A DNA stretch of 64,000 nucleotides from Alphaproteobacteria bacterium (GTDB lineage: Bacteria > Pseudomonadota > Alphaproteobacteria > UBA828): the NCBI GenBank assembly GCA_965220825.1, contig OZ244839.1, positions 2,301,377 through 2,365,376 on the forward strand, in the 5' to 3' direction. This document shows, piece after piece, positions 30,201 to 39,329 of this stretch (position 1 is its first letter; each line of letters opens with the position of its first letter). The position numbers were made by a program, and so were the translations under genes. The notes under the pieces were generated by a model. That model was not told the DNA's origin, did no database searches, and was given only the letters and a program-made list of their open reading frames with translations.

Positions 30201-31843
30201 TATTCGCGCAAGGAATCGATGGGCGGGTTCGTGACCTGCGCGAACATCTGGCGGAAATAGTGATGGAGGCCCCGGTAATGGCCGGAGAGCACGGCGAGCG
30301 GCGTGTCGTCGCCCATGGAACCCACGGGCTCCTTGCCGTCCTCCGCCATGGGGTGGAGCACCATCTCGAGCTCCTCCATGGAGTAGCCCACCATGCGCTG
30401 GCGGCGGCGCAGCTCGTTGCGGGCGAACATGCGGGGCGCGAGGCTGCCGGCGACGAGCGCGGAGGCATCCACCACGTCGGCCGTCCAGGCGGCGTAGGGC
30501 TTCGCGGCGCTGAGCGCGTCCTTGAGTTCCCGGTCCCGGTGGAGGCGGCCTTCGGCGAGTTCCACGGCGATCATCTGGCCGGGGCCCAGTCGCCCGTTCT
30601 CCACGATGTCGTCCGGCGAGAGCGGCACCATGCCGGTCTCCGAGCCCACCACCAGCATGCCGCTCTCGGTGACGCTGTAGCGCATGGGCCGGAGCCCGTT
30701 GCGGTCCATCCCGGCGAGGATCCAGGTACCGTCGGTGGCGGCCACCGCGGCCGGGCCGTCCCAGGGCTCCATCATGCAGTTGCAGTAGCTGTAGAAGGCG
30801 CGGTGCGCCGCCGGCATGGCGGGTTTGCGGGACCAGGCGTCGGGGATCAGCATGCTGTGGACGGCGGGCAGCGGGCGGCCTGCGCGTACCAGCGCCTCCA
30901 GCACCGCATCCAGCGCCATGGAATCGGAGGCGCCGGGCGCGATGAGCGGGAACAGCTCGTTGTTGTGGGAGCCGAAGACGCGGCTCGCCGCCCGCGTTTC
31001 GTGGCTCGCCATCCAGTTCTTGTTGCCGCGGATCGTGTTGATCTCGCCGTTGTGCGCCACCATGCGGAAGGGCTGGGCGAGCTGCCAGGTGGAGAAGGTG
31101 TTGGTCGAATAGCGCTGATGGAAGATGGCGAACCGGGAGACGAAGCGCTCGTCCAGCAGATCCGGATAGAAGGCGGTGAGCTGCTCCGCCAGGAACATGC
31201 CCTTGTAGATCAAGGAGCGGCAGGAGAGAGAGCAGATATAGAAGCCGGTGATGTGATGGGCGAGCACCTGCTTCTCGATGCGCCGGCGCACCACATAGAG
31301 ATCGATCTCGAACTGGGCGTCGTCCACGCCCCGCTCGTTGGAGATCATGACCTGCTCGATCTCGGGGCGGACGGCATTGGCGTTCTCGCCGATCACCGAC
31401 GAATCGATCGGCACCTGCCGCCAGCCATAGATGCCGTGGCCGAAGCCCAGCACCTCGGTCTCGACGATGCTGCGGCATGTGTCCTGGGCGCCGAGGTCCG
31501 TCTTGGGCATGAAGACCATGCCGACGGCGAGCCGGCCCGCCCGGGTGCCGTGGCCGGTGTTCTCGATATGCTCCTTGAAGAAGTCCTGGGGGATCTCCAC
31601 ATGGATGCCGGCGCCGTCGCCCGTCTTGCCGTCGGCATCCACCGCGCCACGGTGCCAGACCGCCTTGAGCGCATCGATACCGGCCTGCACGACGTCGCGC
31701 CGCGCCTCTCCGTCGAGCGCCGCGACGAAGCCGACGCCACAGGCATCGCGCTCGGCCTCCGGCAGATAGAGGCCGTCGCGCGCGAGCGCCCGGCGGGCTT
31801 CGGCGCCCGCTGCCTGTCCGCCGCCCGGCACCGCGCGATTCAC
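27284..31843 (-). CDS. gltB: Glutamate synthase (NADPH) large subunit
   Basis: 1519 aa. CGVGF Ntn amidotransferase start, FMN and 3Fe-4S regions (CHSNTCPVGI), C-terminal GXGXG domain. The GTG start overlaps the gltD TGA. The upstream ~390 aa of the 1908-aa track ORF is read-through. Confidence 0.95.
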   Translation of the reverse strand: MNRAVPGGGQAAGAEARRALARDGLYLPEAERDACGVGFVAALDGEARRDVVQAGIDALKAVWHRGAVDADGKTGDGAGIHVEIPQDFFKEHIENTGHGTRAGRLAVGMVFMPKTDLGAQDTCRSIVETEVLGFGHGIYGWRQVPIDSSVIGENANAVRPEIEQVMISNERGVDDAQFEIDLYVVRRRIEKQVLAHHITGFYICSLSCRSLIYKGMFLAEQLTAFYPDLLDERFVSRFAIFHQRYSTNTFSTWQLAQPFRMVAHNGEINTIRGNKNWMASHETRAASRVFGSHNNELFPLIAPGASDSMALDAVLEALVRAGRPLPAVHSMLIPDAWSRKPAMPAAHRAFYSYCNCMMEPWDGPAAVAATDGTWILAGMDRNGLRPMRYSVTESGMLVVGSETGMVPLSPDDIVENGRLGPGQMIAVELAEGRLHRDRELKDALSAAKPYAAWTADVVDASALVAGSLAPRMFARNELRRRQRMVGYSMEELEMVLHPMAEDGKEPVGSMGDDTPLAVLSGHYRGLHHYFRQMFAQVTNPPIDSLREYSVMSLKTRLGNMGNIFADAPEQTALMQLDSPLLTNGEFAALHAHMGDDAVTLDCTFDAASGHGELTAAIERIRGEAEEAVRGGATHLVLTDENVSEDRAPIPMILAAGGVHSHLVRQRLRTFTSINVRAAECLDVHHFAVLIGIGVTTINPYLALESVAERHERGLFGAMSLADCERRYREAVDAGLLKILSKMGISVLSSYRSGYNFEAVGLSRALVADFFPGMTARLSGIGLSGIKRRVLAQHRKAWEESPVVLPIGGLLKYRRSGEVHAFDGPLVHRLQTALATDSYAVYRKYAEGVYALPPIHVRNLLDFKRARTPVDLEEVESITEIRKRFTSGSMSHGALSKEAHETLAIAMNRIGAASCSGEGGEDPARFTPRDNGDNASSAVKQIASARFGVTAEYLNHCREIEIKMAQGAKPGEGGQLPGFKVTAEIARLRHAPPGVTLISPPPHHDIYSIEDLAQLIYDLKQINPRARVTVKLVAEAGIGTIAAGVAKAKADVILVSGHDGGTGASPQSSVKYAGVPWEMGLAEVHQVLTLNRLRHTTTVRVDGGIKTGRDVAIAAMLGAEEFGVGTASLVAMGCILVRQCHSNTCPVGICTQDSALRAKFEGTPEKVVNLFSFIAEEVREILASLGARSLDEITGRTELLRQVSRGSADLDDLDLNPLLVQADPGDLPRHSTRKGRIEVPDTLDEQMIRDADDSTRALRGESRIEAPEKMQLAYTVRNTHRSIGARLSSALTRRFGMVGLPPDYFTVSLRGSAGQSLGAWAVQGLKILVIGDANDYVGKGLSGGTIVLRLPTSSRLISSENTILGNVALYGATGGKLFAAGQAGERFCVRNSGARAVVEGCGSNGCEYMTGGVAAILGPVGDNFAAGMTGGMAFVYDADDSFEGRINGDTVIWQRIESAYWEDECRGLIAEHHAETRSRHSERLLADWALEAGKFWQICPKEMLPNLAHPLSDEPRAATA

Positions 31844-33276
31844 GAGGCGAGCGCCCGGGCGGGCGCATCCGCCGCCGCGCCCTCCTGAATGTAGTCGTGA
31901 ACGGCGCGGGCGGCGTCCCGCCCATCCTTGATCGCCCAGACGACGAGGGACGCGCCGCGCACGATGTCGCCCACGGCGAAGACGCCGTCGAGGCTCGTCA
32001 TCATGGTATCCCAGTCCACCAGCACCGTGCCCCAGCGGGTGGTCTTGAGGTCCGGCGCATCGAACAGGGTCGGCAGGTCCTCCGGGTCGAAGCCGAGCGC
32101 CTTGATGAGCAGGTTCGCGGGCACGGTGTAGCTGGAGCCGGAAATGGCCTGCGGCGTCTGCCGGCCGGAAGCGTCCGCCACGCCGAGATGGATGCGCGCG
32201 GCGCGCACGCCTTCCACCGTCTGCGTGCCGAGCACCGCCTCGGGCGCGGACAGCCAGACGAACTCCACGCCCTCCTCCTCGGCGTGGCTCACCTCCTGCA
32301 TGGAGCCAGGCATGTTGGCCCGGTCCCGCCGGTAGAGGCAGCGCACCGAGCGCGCGCCCTGGCGCACGGCCGTGCGCACGCAATCCATGGCCGTGTCGCC
32401 GCCGCCCACCACGACCACGTCCCTGCCGCGGGCATCCAGCGTACCGTCGTCGAACGCCGGCACCGGATCGCCGAGCCCCTTGCGGTTGCTCGCCACCAGA
32501 TAGGTCATCGCCTGGAAGATGTTGTCGAGACCGATACCGGGGATGCGGATATCGCGGGCCTTGTAGGCGCCGGTGGCCAGCACCACCGCGTCGTGATGCT
32601 CGCGCAGCGCGGCAAGGGAACGATCCCGGCCGATCTCCACATTGAGGTGGATATGGACCCCGCCCTCCGCCAGCAGATCGACCCGCCGCTGGACGATGGA
32701 CTTCTCCAGCTTGAAGTTCGGGATGCCGTAGATCAGCAGCCCGCCGGCGCGGTCGTAACGGTCGTAGACATGCACCTGATAGCCGAGCCGGCGGAGTTCC
32801 TCCGCGGCGGTGAGACCCCCGGGCCCCGCGCCCACGATGCCGACGGACTGAGGCCGCTCCATGCGGGGACGCGGCGGCTTCACCCAGCCGTTCTCGAAGG
32901 CCGTATCGGTGATATGGCGCTCCACCGCGCCGATGGTGACGGCCTCGAAGCCCCGCTCGATCACGCAATTGCCTTCGCAGAGCCTGTCCTGGGGGCAGAT
33001 ACGGCCGCATATCTCCGGCATGTTGTTGGTGGCCGCGGAGACCTCATAGGCCTCCTCGAGCCGGCCTTCCGCCGTCAGCATGAGCCAGTCGGGGATGTTG
33101 TTGGCGACCGGACAGTGAATCTGGCAGAAGGGTATCCCGCATTGGGAGCAGCGCGCCGCCTGGTCCGCCGCCGCCCGGATCCGGAAGCGCTCATACACCT
33201 CGCCCCAGTCGACGCGGCGCTGAGACGCCGCGCGCTTGTCGGGCTTCTGCTGCGGCAAGGTCGTGAATTTCAACAT
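31840..33276 (-). CDS. gltD: Glutamate synthase small subunit (NADPH-dependent)
   Basis: Cys clusters (CSQCGIPFCQIHCP), two Rossmann motifs (VGIVGAGPGGL, VVVVGGGDTAMD). Alternative start at 33318. Confidence 0.9.
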   Translation of the reverse strand: MLKFTTLPQQKPDKRAASQRRVDWGEVYERFRIRAAADQAARCSQCGIPFCQIHCPVANNIPDWLMLTAEGRLEEAYEVSAATNNMPEICGRICPQDRLCEGNCVIERGFEAVTIGAVERHITDTAFENGWVKPPRPRMERPQSVGIVGAGPGGLTAAEELRRLGYQVHVYDRYDRAGGLLIYGIPNFKLEKSIVQRRVDLLAEGGVHIHLNVEIGRDRSLAALREHHDAVVLATGAYKARDIRIPGIGLDNIFQAMTYLVASNRKGLGDPVPAFDDGTLDARGRDVVVVGGGDTAMDCVRTAVRQGARSVRCLYRRDRANMPGSMQEVSHAEEEGVEFVWLSAPEAVLGTQTVEGVRAARIHLGVADASGRQTPQAISGSSYTVPANLLIKALGFDPEDLPTLFDAPDLKTTRWGTVLVDWDTMMTSLDGVFAVGDIVRGASLVVWAIKDGRDAARAVHDYIQEGAAADAPARALAS

Positions 33277-33447
33277 GTTCGCGGTCACGGTGTGCCCTCT
33301 TGTTGCAGCGCCTATCATAGCCCGTCACGGGCTCCGGGCCAAGCCCGCGCGTGCCAATTATATCACTACTGCTGATTTATTGACGCGGAAACGACCATGG
33401 ACGGCCCGCTGCCGCTGCCCGCTGCCGTCTTGAAAACGCCATAATAT

Positions 33448-33460
33448 ATCCGAATCGGAT
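33448..33460. promoter_or_regulatory. Perfect 13-bp palindrome ATCCGAATCGGAT in the AT-rich divergent gltD/uppP promoter region
   Basis: The sequence is its own reverse complement. It lies in the only markedly AT-rich stretch (33350-33470) upstream of gltD. Confidence 0.3.
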
Positions 33461-33645
33461 GCATAGGGGCGGCGGTGACACGCCCCTGTAAGCGCCTCGC
33501 CATGCCCTCCTACAGCGCGGATCGGCCCCTCGGGCTCCCGGAGCGGCGCGCGCCGGAAAGCCAACAAGGCGAATTGCGCGTCCAAACGATGGTATAAGCT
33601 GGGGCCCGCCCCGCCCGGCTACGAGTCCACGCAGGCCCTTCGACC

Positions 33646-34443
33646 GTGCCAGTCCTCCATATTGCCGTCATCGCGGCCATTCAGGGAATCACCGAGTTTC
33701 TGCCGGTGAGCTCGTCGGGGCATCTCGTGCTGCTGCCGGCGCTCGCCGGTTGGCCGGACCAGGGGCTGGTGATCGACATCGCGGCCCATGTGGGGACCCT
33801 CGCGGCGGTAATGGTCTATTTCTGGCGCGATATCGGGCGCATCGCCCTCGGCATTCTGGGCGTCGGGGCCGGGCGGGCCGAGGGCCGGCGGCTCGGGAGC
33901 CATCTCGCGGTCTCCGCCCTTCCCGTACTCGGCGCGGGTGCCGCACTCGCCCTGCTGGCGCCGGACTTCTTCCGCGACCCCGCGATCATCGCATGGACCA
34001 TGCTGGGCTTCGGTCTTCTGCTCTACGGCGCCGACCGCCTCGGCATGACCATTCGACGGCTGGAGCATATGAGCACGGGGCATGCCTTCGCCATCGGCCT
34101 CGCCCAGACCCTCGCCCTGATCCCGGGGACCAGCCGGGCCGGCATAACCATGACGGCCGCGCGGGCGCTGGGTTACGAGCGCGCCGCCGCCGCGCGCTTC
34201 TCCATGCTGATGTCGATTCCCGTCATCGCGGCCAGCGCGGGCGCCGCCGGGCGGGAGATCGCGCGGCGCGGCGATGTCGTCATCGCGGCGGACGCGGCGC
34301 TCGCCGCCGGGCTTTCCTTCGCCGCCGCACTGGTGGCCATCGCCGGCCTGCTCGCACTGCTGCGCCGTGTGAGCTTCACGCCCTTCGTGATTTACCGCGT
34401 GCTTCTCGGTGCGGGCCTGCTCGCCTGGATCTACGGAGTCTGA
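33646..34443 (+). CDS. uppP: Undecaprenyl-diphosphate phosphatase
   Basis: 265 aa polytopic protein with GITEFLPVSSSGH and PGTSRAGITMT BacA motifs. Confidence 0.85.
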   Translation: MPVLHIAVIAAIQGITEFLPVSSSGHLVLLPALAGWPDQGLVIDIAAHVGTLAAVMVYFWRDIGRIALGILGVGAGRAEGRRLGSHLAVSALPVLGAGAALALLAPDFFRDPAIIAWTMLGFGLLLYGADRLGMTIRRLEHMSTGHAFAIGLAQTLALIPGTSRAGITMTAARALGYERAAAARFSMLMSIPVIAASAGAAGREIARRGDVVIAADAALAAGLSFAAALVAIAGLLALLRRVSFTPFVIYRVLLGAGLLAWIYGV

Positions 34444-34469
34444 CGGTGCGGAGCGCGCCCGGAGGCCGG

Positions 34470-34543
34470 TGGGCCCGGCAGGACTCGAACCTGCAACAAC
34501 GCCGTTATGAGCGGCGGGTTCTAACCAATTGAACTACGGGCCC
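34470..34543 (-). tRNA. tRNA-Met (anticodon CAU, elongator type; could be tRNA-Ile2 if lysidinylated)
   Basis: Minus-strand fold GGGCCCG-TAGTTCAATTGGTTAGAAC-CGCCG-CTCATAA-CGGCG-TTGTTG-CAGGTTCGAGTCCTG-CGGGCCC-A. The paired 1:72 position argues against an initiator tRNA. The CCA end is not encoded. Confidence 0.85.
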
Positions 34544-34614
34544 GGCCTTTTCGCCCACGCCGCCATCCTCGGACCGAACGCCGGTGCGCGCAATGGTGAA
34601 TCCGCACGCCGCCC

Positions 34615-35304
34615 TCAGCCGGAGGCGAGGCCGGCCAGGCGGGCGAGAACGTCGTCGGTCTCCGTCACGTCGGCCGAGCAGCGGTCCATGTCGAACAGGT
34701 TGATGGCATGGGATATGGGAATCCGGTCGAACACCGCGTCCGCCGGCACCACGGCGCGGAAATTGTAGGAAAAGGCGTCGAACACGGTGGCGCGGACGCA
34801 GTTGCAGGTGGCGCCCCCGGTAACGATCAGCGTGTCCACCGCGCGGTCGATCAGATAGGGCAGGAGCGGCGTGCCGAGGAAGGAGCTGGGCTTCTTCTTG
34901 GTGAAGACGAGGTCGCCCGGCCGCGGCGCGACATCCGCGACGATGGCGGCGCCGTGGGTGCCCTCGAAATAGACGTTCTCTCCCTGCTCCGCGCCGATCT
35001 TGGCATCGAACAGCCCCGCATCACCCGCCGTCCGGTCGATGGCGAAGCGCGTATAGACCACGGGCGCGGCCGCCGCCCGCGCCGCCTCCAGGATGCGCCC
35101 GATCTGCGCCACCGCCGCCCAGCCGGCGGCACAGGCGTAAGGATAGGCCGCCGGGTCGCCGCCCTCGCGCGCACCCACCATATAGTTCTGCACGTCGATG
35201 ACGATGACGGCGGGCCGCCGCCCGAAGCCCACGCGCCGCGCCCAGCGGCCGCGCGCGATGGTCGCCCTGTCGGCATCGCTCAGATAGCGCTCCCAGTCCT
35301 TCAC
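34615..35304 (-). CDS. Isochorismatase-family hydrolase
   Basis: PAVIVIDVQNYM, catalytic Cys TLIVTGGATCNCVRATVFDA. GTG start overlaps the permease stop (GTGA). Confidence 0.75.
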   Translation of the reverse strand: MKDWERYLSDADRATIARGRWARRVGFGRRPAVIVIDVQNYMVGAREGGDPAAYPYACAAGWAAVAQIGRILEAARAAAAPVVYTRFAIDRTAGDAGLFDAKIGAEQGENVYFEGTHGAAIVADVAPRPGDLVFTKKKPSSFLGTPLLPYLIDRAVDTLIVTGGATCNCVRATVFDAFSYNFRAVVPADAVFDRIPISHAINLFDMDRCSADVTETDDVLARLAGLASG

Positions 35305-36116
35305 GACCCGGCCTCCCCGGCTTGCGCTTCCCGCAACGTCGCCGCGCGTTTGTTGACGATACTCGCCACGATGACGCCGAGGGTAACGAGCCCCACCAGG
35401 ATGGTCGAGACCGCGTTTATCTCCGGCGTCACGCCGAGGCGCACCTGGGAATAGATTTTCATGGGAAGGGTGGTGGAGCCCGGGCCGCTCGCGAAGGACG
35501 CCACCACCAGATCGTCCAGCGAGAGCGTGAATGCGAGCAGCCAGCCCGCCGCCAATGCAGGGCCGATGAGCGGGAGCGTCACCGCGAAGAAGGCCTTGAC
35601 GGGTGGCGCGCCCAGGTCCATGGCGGCCTCCTCCAGGGAGCGGTCGAGGGTGAGCAGGCGCGACTGGACCACCACCGCCACATAGGCCATGGAGAAGGTG
35701 GCGTGGGCGACCGTCACGGTCCAGTAGCCGCGCGCCCAGGAGAGCGTGACGAACAGCAGCAGCATGGCGAGGCCGATAATGACCTCGGGCATCACCAGCG
35801 GCGCATAGACCAGCCCCGAGAAGAGCGTGCGCCCGGGAAAGCGCCCGAGCCGCGTCAGCGCGAGGCCCGCGAGAGTGCCGAGGACCAGCGCCACGGTCGA
35901 GGACGCGAAGGCAACCTTGAGGGTCATCCAGGCGGCGTCCAGCAGAAGCCTGTTCTCCGCCAGCGCCGCATACCACTTGGTGGAGAACCCGCCCCAGACC
36001 GTGACCAGCTTGGATTCGTTGAAGGAATAGACGATCAGCAGAAGGATGGGCAGGTAGAGGAAGGCGAAGCCCAGCGTGAGCGCCGCGAGGTTGACCGTGC
36101 TCAAGCCGCGACTCAT
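35301..36116 (-). CDS. Polyamine ABC transporter permease (PotI/PotC-like)
   Basis: 6-TM protein with an EAAMDLGAPPVKAFFAVTLP loop. Confidence 0.8.
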   Translation of the reverse strand: MSRGLSTVNLAALTLGFAFLYLPILLLIVYSFNESKLVTVWGGFSTKWYAALAENRLLLDAAWMTLKVAFASSTVALVLGTLAGLALTRLGRFPGRTLFSGLVYAPLVMPEVIIGLAMLLLFVTLSWARGYWTVTVAHATFSMAYVAVVVQSRLLTLDRSLEEAAMDLGAPPVKAFFAVTLPLIGPALAAGWLLAFTLSLDDLVVASFASGPGSTTLPMKIYSQVRLGVTPEINAVSTILVGLVTLGVIVASIVNKRAATLREAQAGEAGS

Positions 36117-37006
36117 CGGCCCGCTTCCTCCTCACGACGCGCTTGCTGATGGCGCTGGAACAGCACGATGGGAATGGTGAGCACCAGAAGCAGGATCACG
36201 GCGACGGCGGAGGCCACCGGCCAGTCCCGGTTGCTGAAGAACTCGGTCCAGAGCGTGCGGCCGATCATCAGGGTGCCGGAGCCGCCCAAGAGATCCGGGA
36301 TCACGAACTCGCCCACCGCCGGGATGAAGACCAGAAAGCATCCGGCCACGATGCCAGGCGCCGCGAGCGGCACGGTGATGCGCCAGAAAGCGGCGCTCGG
36401 GCGGCAACCCAGATCCGCCGCCGCCTCGATCAACGACCGGTCCATTCGCGCCAGCGTCGCGTAGATCGGCAGGATCATGAACGGCAGATAGGAATAGACG
36501 ATGCCGAGATGGACCGCGATATCCGTGTTCAGGATAGTAAGCGGCTCGTCGATGACGCCAAGCCAGCGCAGGAAGCCGTTCAACAGCCCCTTGCTCTTGA
36601 GGATGCCGATCCAGGCATAGACCTTGATCAGAAAGGATGTCCAGAAGGGCAGGATCACCGCCATTACCAGCGGCCCCTGCCAGGCGGGCCGCGCACGAGC
36701 GATGGCGTAGGCGATGGGGAGGCCCGCCGCGAGCGTCAGCGCCGTGCTTATCGCCGCGATCCTGAGGCTGTTGGCGTAGGCCCGGATATAGAGGTCGTCC
36801 TCAAGGAGGAGCCGGTAGTTGTCGCCGACGGCAAGGAACTCGAAGGAGCCGCCGGCGAGCGAAAACAGCGGCGTATAGGGCGGGACGGCGACCGTCACCT
36901 CGGCAACGCTGATCTTGAGGATGATGGCGAACGGAACCAGGAAGAAGAGCAGGAGCCACAGATAGGGCCCCGCGACCAGGGCGGCGCGGCCGCGCCGCAC
37001 AGTCAT
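36113..37006 (-). CDS. Polyamine ABC transporter permease (PotH/PotB-like)
   Basis: 6-TM protein with an EAAADLGCRPSAAFWRITVP loop. Confidence 0.8.
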   Translation of the reverse strand: MTVRRGRAALVAGPYLWLLLFFLVPFAIILKISVAEVTVAVPPYTPLFSLAGGSFEFLAVGDNYRLLLEDDLYIRAYANSLRIAAISTALTLAAGLPIAYAIARARPAWQGPLVMAVILPFWTSFLIKVYAWIGILKSKGLLNGFLRWLGVIDEPLTILNTDIAVHLGIVYSYLPFMILPIYATLARMDRSLIEAAADLGCRPSAAFWRITVPLAAPGIVAGCFLVFIPAVGEFVIPDLLGGSGTLMIGRTLWTEFFSNRDWPVASAVAVILLLVLTIPIVLFQRHQQARREEEAGR

Positions 37007-38139
37007 GTCTGCAGCAGGATGCTCGCCTCGACGGGCCAGGAGAGGTGGACCCGCGCGCCCACCGCGACGGCCGCGCCGTCCGCCCGGAGACGGTTGGTGC
37101 GCGTCGAGATCACCTCCCGGCCGCTGTCGAGACGGATACGGTAGGTGGAGGTGCTGCCCAGATAGGCGATCTCCGCCACCACGCCCGCGACCGCGTTCGC
37201 ACGCCCGGCGGGCGGTGGGCGCGGCGCGATTTCGATCTTCTCGGGACGCACCGCGACGGAGACGGCCGCGCCTTCCGGCGGGCGCTCACCGTTCGCCGGC
37301 GCGGCAAGGCTCAGAGCCGCATCCGCGAGTTCGACCTCCACCCCGTCACGGCCGTTGCGCCGCGCGCGGCCCTCGAAAATGTTCACATTGCCTATGAACT
37401 CCGCCACATAGCGCGAGCGCGGCGCCTCGTAGAGATCGGCCGGCCGATCCACCTGGGCGATGCGACCCTTCTCCATCACGGCGATACGGTCCGCCACCGT
37501 CATCGCCTCGTCCTGGTCGTGGGTCACGATCACGAAGGTGGTGCCGACGCGGCGCTGAATCGCCTTCAGTTCGAACTGGGTGCGCTCGCGAAGCTTCTTG
37601 TCGAGGGCGGCGAGCGGCTCGTCCAGCAGCAGCAGCTTGGGCCGCTTTACCAGGCTCCGCGCCAGCGCCACACGCTGGCGCTGCCCGCCGGAAAGCTGAC
37701 GCGGCTTGCGCCCCGCCAGTGCGGAGAGCTCCACCAGTTCCAGCGCGTCGGCGACCCGGACCCGGATTTCGGCGCGCCTGACCCTGTCCTGCTTCAACCC
37801 GAAAGCCACGTTCTCCGCGACGGTCATATGCGGAAAGAGGGCGTAGGACTGGAACATCATATTGACCGGCCGCCGATAGGGCGGCAGGGCCGTGAGAGGG
37901 GCGCCGTCCAGCAGCACGCTGCCTTCGTCGGGCGTCTCGAAGCCCGCGAGCACGCGCAGCAGGGTGGTCTTGCCGCAACCCGACGCCCCGAGAAGGGCGA
38001 AGAACTCCCCGCGATCGATATCCAGCGAGACACGGTTCAGCGCGTCCACGCGGCCGAAGCGCTTGCTGAGCGCCGCGACCTGCAGATAGGCCGCGGCGCC
38101 CTCCCCGCTGTCGGGAACCGGCCGTCCGACCCGGCTCAC
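37003..38139 (-). CDS. Polyamine ABC transporter ATP-binding protein (PotG/PotA-like)
   Basis: GASGCGKTT, LSGGQRQRVALARSL, LLLDEPLAALD, C-terminal TOBE domain. Confidence 0.85.
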   Translation of the reverse strand: MSRVGRPVPDSGEGAAAYLQVAALSKRFGRVDALNRVSLDIDRGEFFALLGASGCGKTTLLRVLAGFETPDEGSVLLDGAPLTALPPYRRPVNMMFQSYALFPHMTVAENVAFGLKQDRVRRAEIRVRVADALELVELSALAGRKPRQLSGGQRQRVALARSLVKRPKLLLLDEPLAALDKKLRERTQFELKAIQRRVGTTFVIVTHDQDEAMTVADRIAVMEKGRIAQVDRPADLYEAPRSRYVAEFIGNVNIFEGRARRNGRDGVEVELADAALSLAAPANGERPPEGAAVSVAVRPEKIEIAPRPPPAGRANAVAGVVAEIAYLGSTSTYRIRLDSGREVISTRTNRLRADGAAVAVGARVHLSWPVEASILLQT

Positions 38140-38161
38140 GCGGCCGCGCCCGTCTCTGCGG

Positions 38162-39265
38162 CTATTCGGCGCCCTTCACGCGGGTCCAGAGCCGCGTCAC
38201 GAAACGCTGCACCCTGGCCGGGTAGGGGTTCGTGACATAGAGGTTCGCCTTCACCTCATCGGGCGGGTAGATGCCCGGATCCTGGATCAACTCTTCGTCG
38301 AGAAGCGCCGTCGCTTGCGCGTTTCCGTTGGCGTAGAACACATAGTTGGAGGCCTTGGCGATCACCTCCGGGCGCAGGATATAGTCGATGAAGCGATGGG
38401 CGTTCCCCGGATGGGGGGCGTCCGCCGGGACCGCCATCATGTCGAACCACATGAGGGCGCCTTCGGCGGGGATCGCATATTCGATCGCAACCCCGCTCCC
38501 GGCCTCCGCCGCGCGGTCCCGCGCCTGGAGCATGTCGCCCGACCAGCCCATGGTGAGGCAGATGTCGCCGTTCGCGAGATCGTTGATCTGGGCCGAGTTG
38601 TGGAACCGGCGGATATGGGGCCGGATCGCCATGAGAACGGGCTCGGCCTTGGCGATGACCTCGGTGTCGTGGCTCTTGGGGTCCTCGCCGATATAGTTCA
38701 GCACCGCCGGGATCACCTCGTCGGGCTCATCCATCAGATAGACCCCGCAATCGGCGAAACGGGAGACCACGTCCGGATCGAAGAGCATTCGCCACGACCC
38801 GGTGGGCGCCTCCGCATGACGTTCGGCGATCTTCTCCGTGTTGAAGCCGAAGCCCGTGGTACCCCACATATAGTTCACGGCATAATCGTTCTGCGGGTCC
38901 CACTGGCGGACCCGCGCCATCACCTCCGGGTCTAGATTGCCGATATTGGAAAGCTTCTCCTTGTCGAGCTTCCGGAAGACGCCGGCTTGGATCTGGCGGG
39001 CGAGGAAGGTGCCGCTCGGCACCACGACGTCGTAGCCAGTGTTCCCGGTGAGCAGCTTGGTTTCCAGAATGTTGTTGGAATCGAATACGTCATAGACCAC
39101 CTTGATGCCGGTCTCGGCCTCGAAATCCGTAAGGATTTCCTCGTCGATATAGTCGGACCAGTTATAGACGTTGACCACCGGCTCTTCGGCCGTGGCAGTG
39201 GCGGCGAACACCAGAGTGACCGCCATGGAGACGATGAATGCCGATCGGCCTATCATCCCACCCAT
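38162..39265 (-). CDS. Putrescine/polyamine ABC transporter substrate-binding protein (PotF/PotD-like)
   Basis: Signal peptide MIGRSAFIVSMAVTLVFAATATA. PotF-like VVNVYNWSDYI start of the mature protein. GGGAGG RBS 8 nt upstream of the chosen ATG. Confidence 0.8.
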   Translation of the reverse strand: MGGMIGRSAFIVSMAVTLVFAATATAEEPVVNVYNWSDYIDEEILTDFEAETGIKVVYDVFDSNNILETKLLTGNTGYDVVVPSGTFLARQIQAGVFRKLDKEKLSNIGNLDPEVMARVRQWDPQNDYAVNYMWGTTGFGFNTEKIAERHAEAPTGSWRMLFDPDVVSRFADCGVYLMDEPDEVIPAVLNYIGEDPKSHDTEVIAKAEPVLMAIRPHIRRFHNSAQINDLANGDICLTMGWSGDMLQARDRAAEAGSGVAIEYAIPAEGALMWFDMMAVPADAPHPGNAHRFIDYILRPEVIAKASNYVFYANGNAQATALLDEELIQDPGIYPPDEVKANLYVTNPYPARVQRFVTRLWTRVKGAE

Positions 39266-39329
39266 GATCCGCATCCTCCCACGCTGCGCCCCGGGCGGCG
39301 CATCGGAGCCCGGGTTCCATCGCCGATTC

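Noticed and set aside
27284-33010. 1908-aa ORF in the track suggesting a giant protein
   Set aside because: Only the C-terminal 1519 aa (from the GTG overlapping the gltD stop at 31843) align with GltB. The first ~390 aa are low-complexity Arg/Gly/Pro read-through running antisense/out of frame across gltD, typical of a high-GC artefact.
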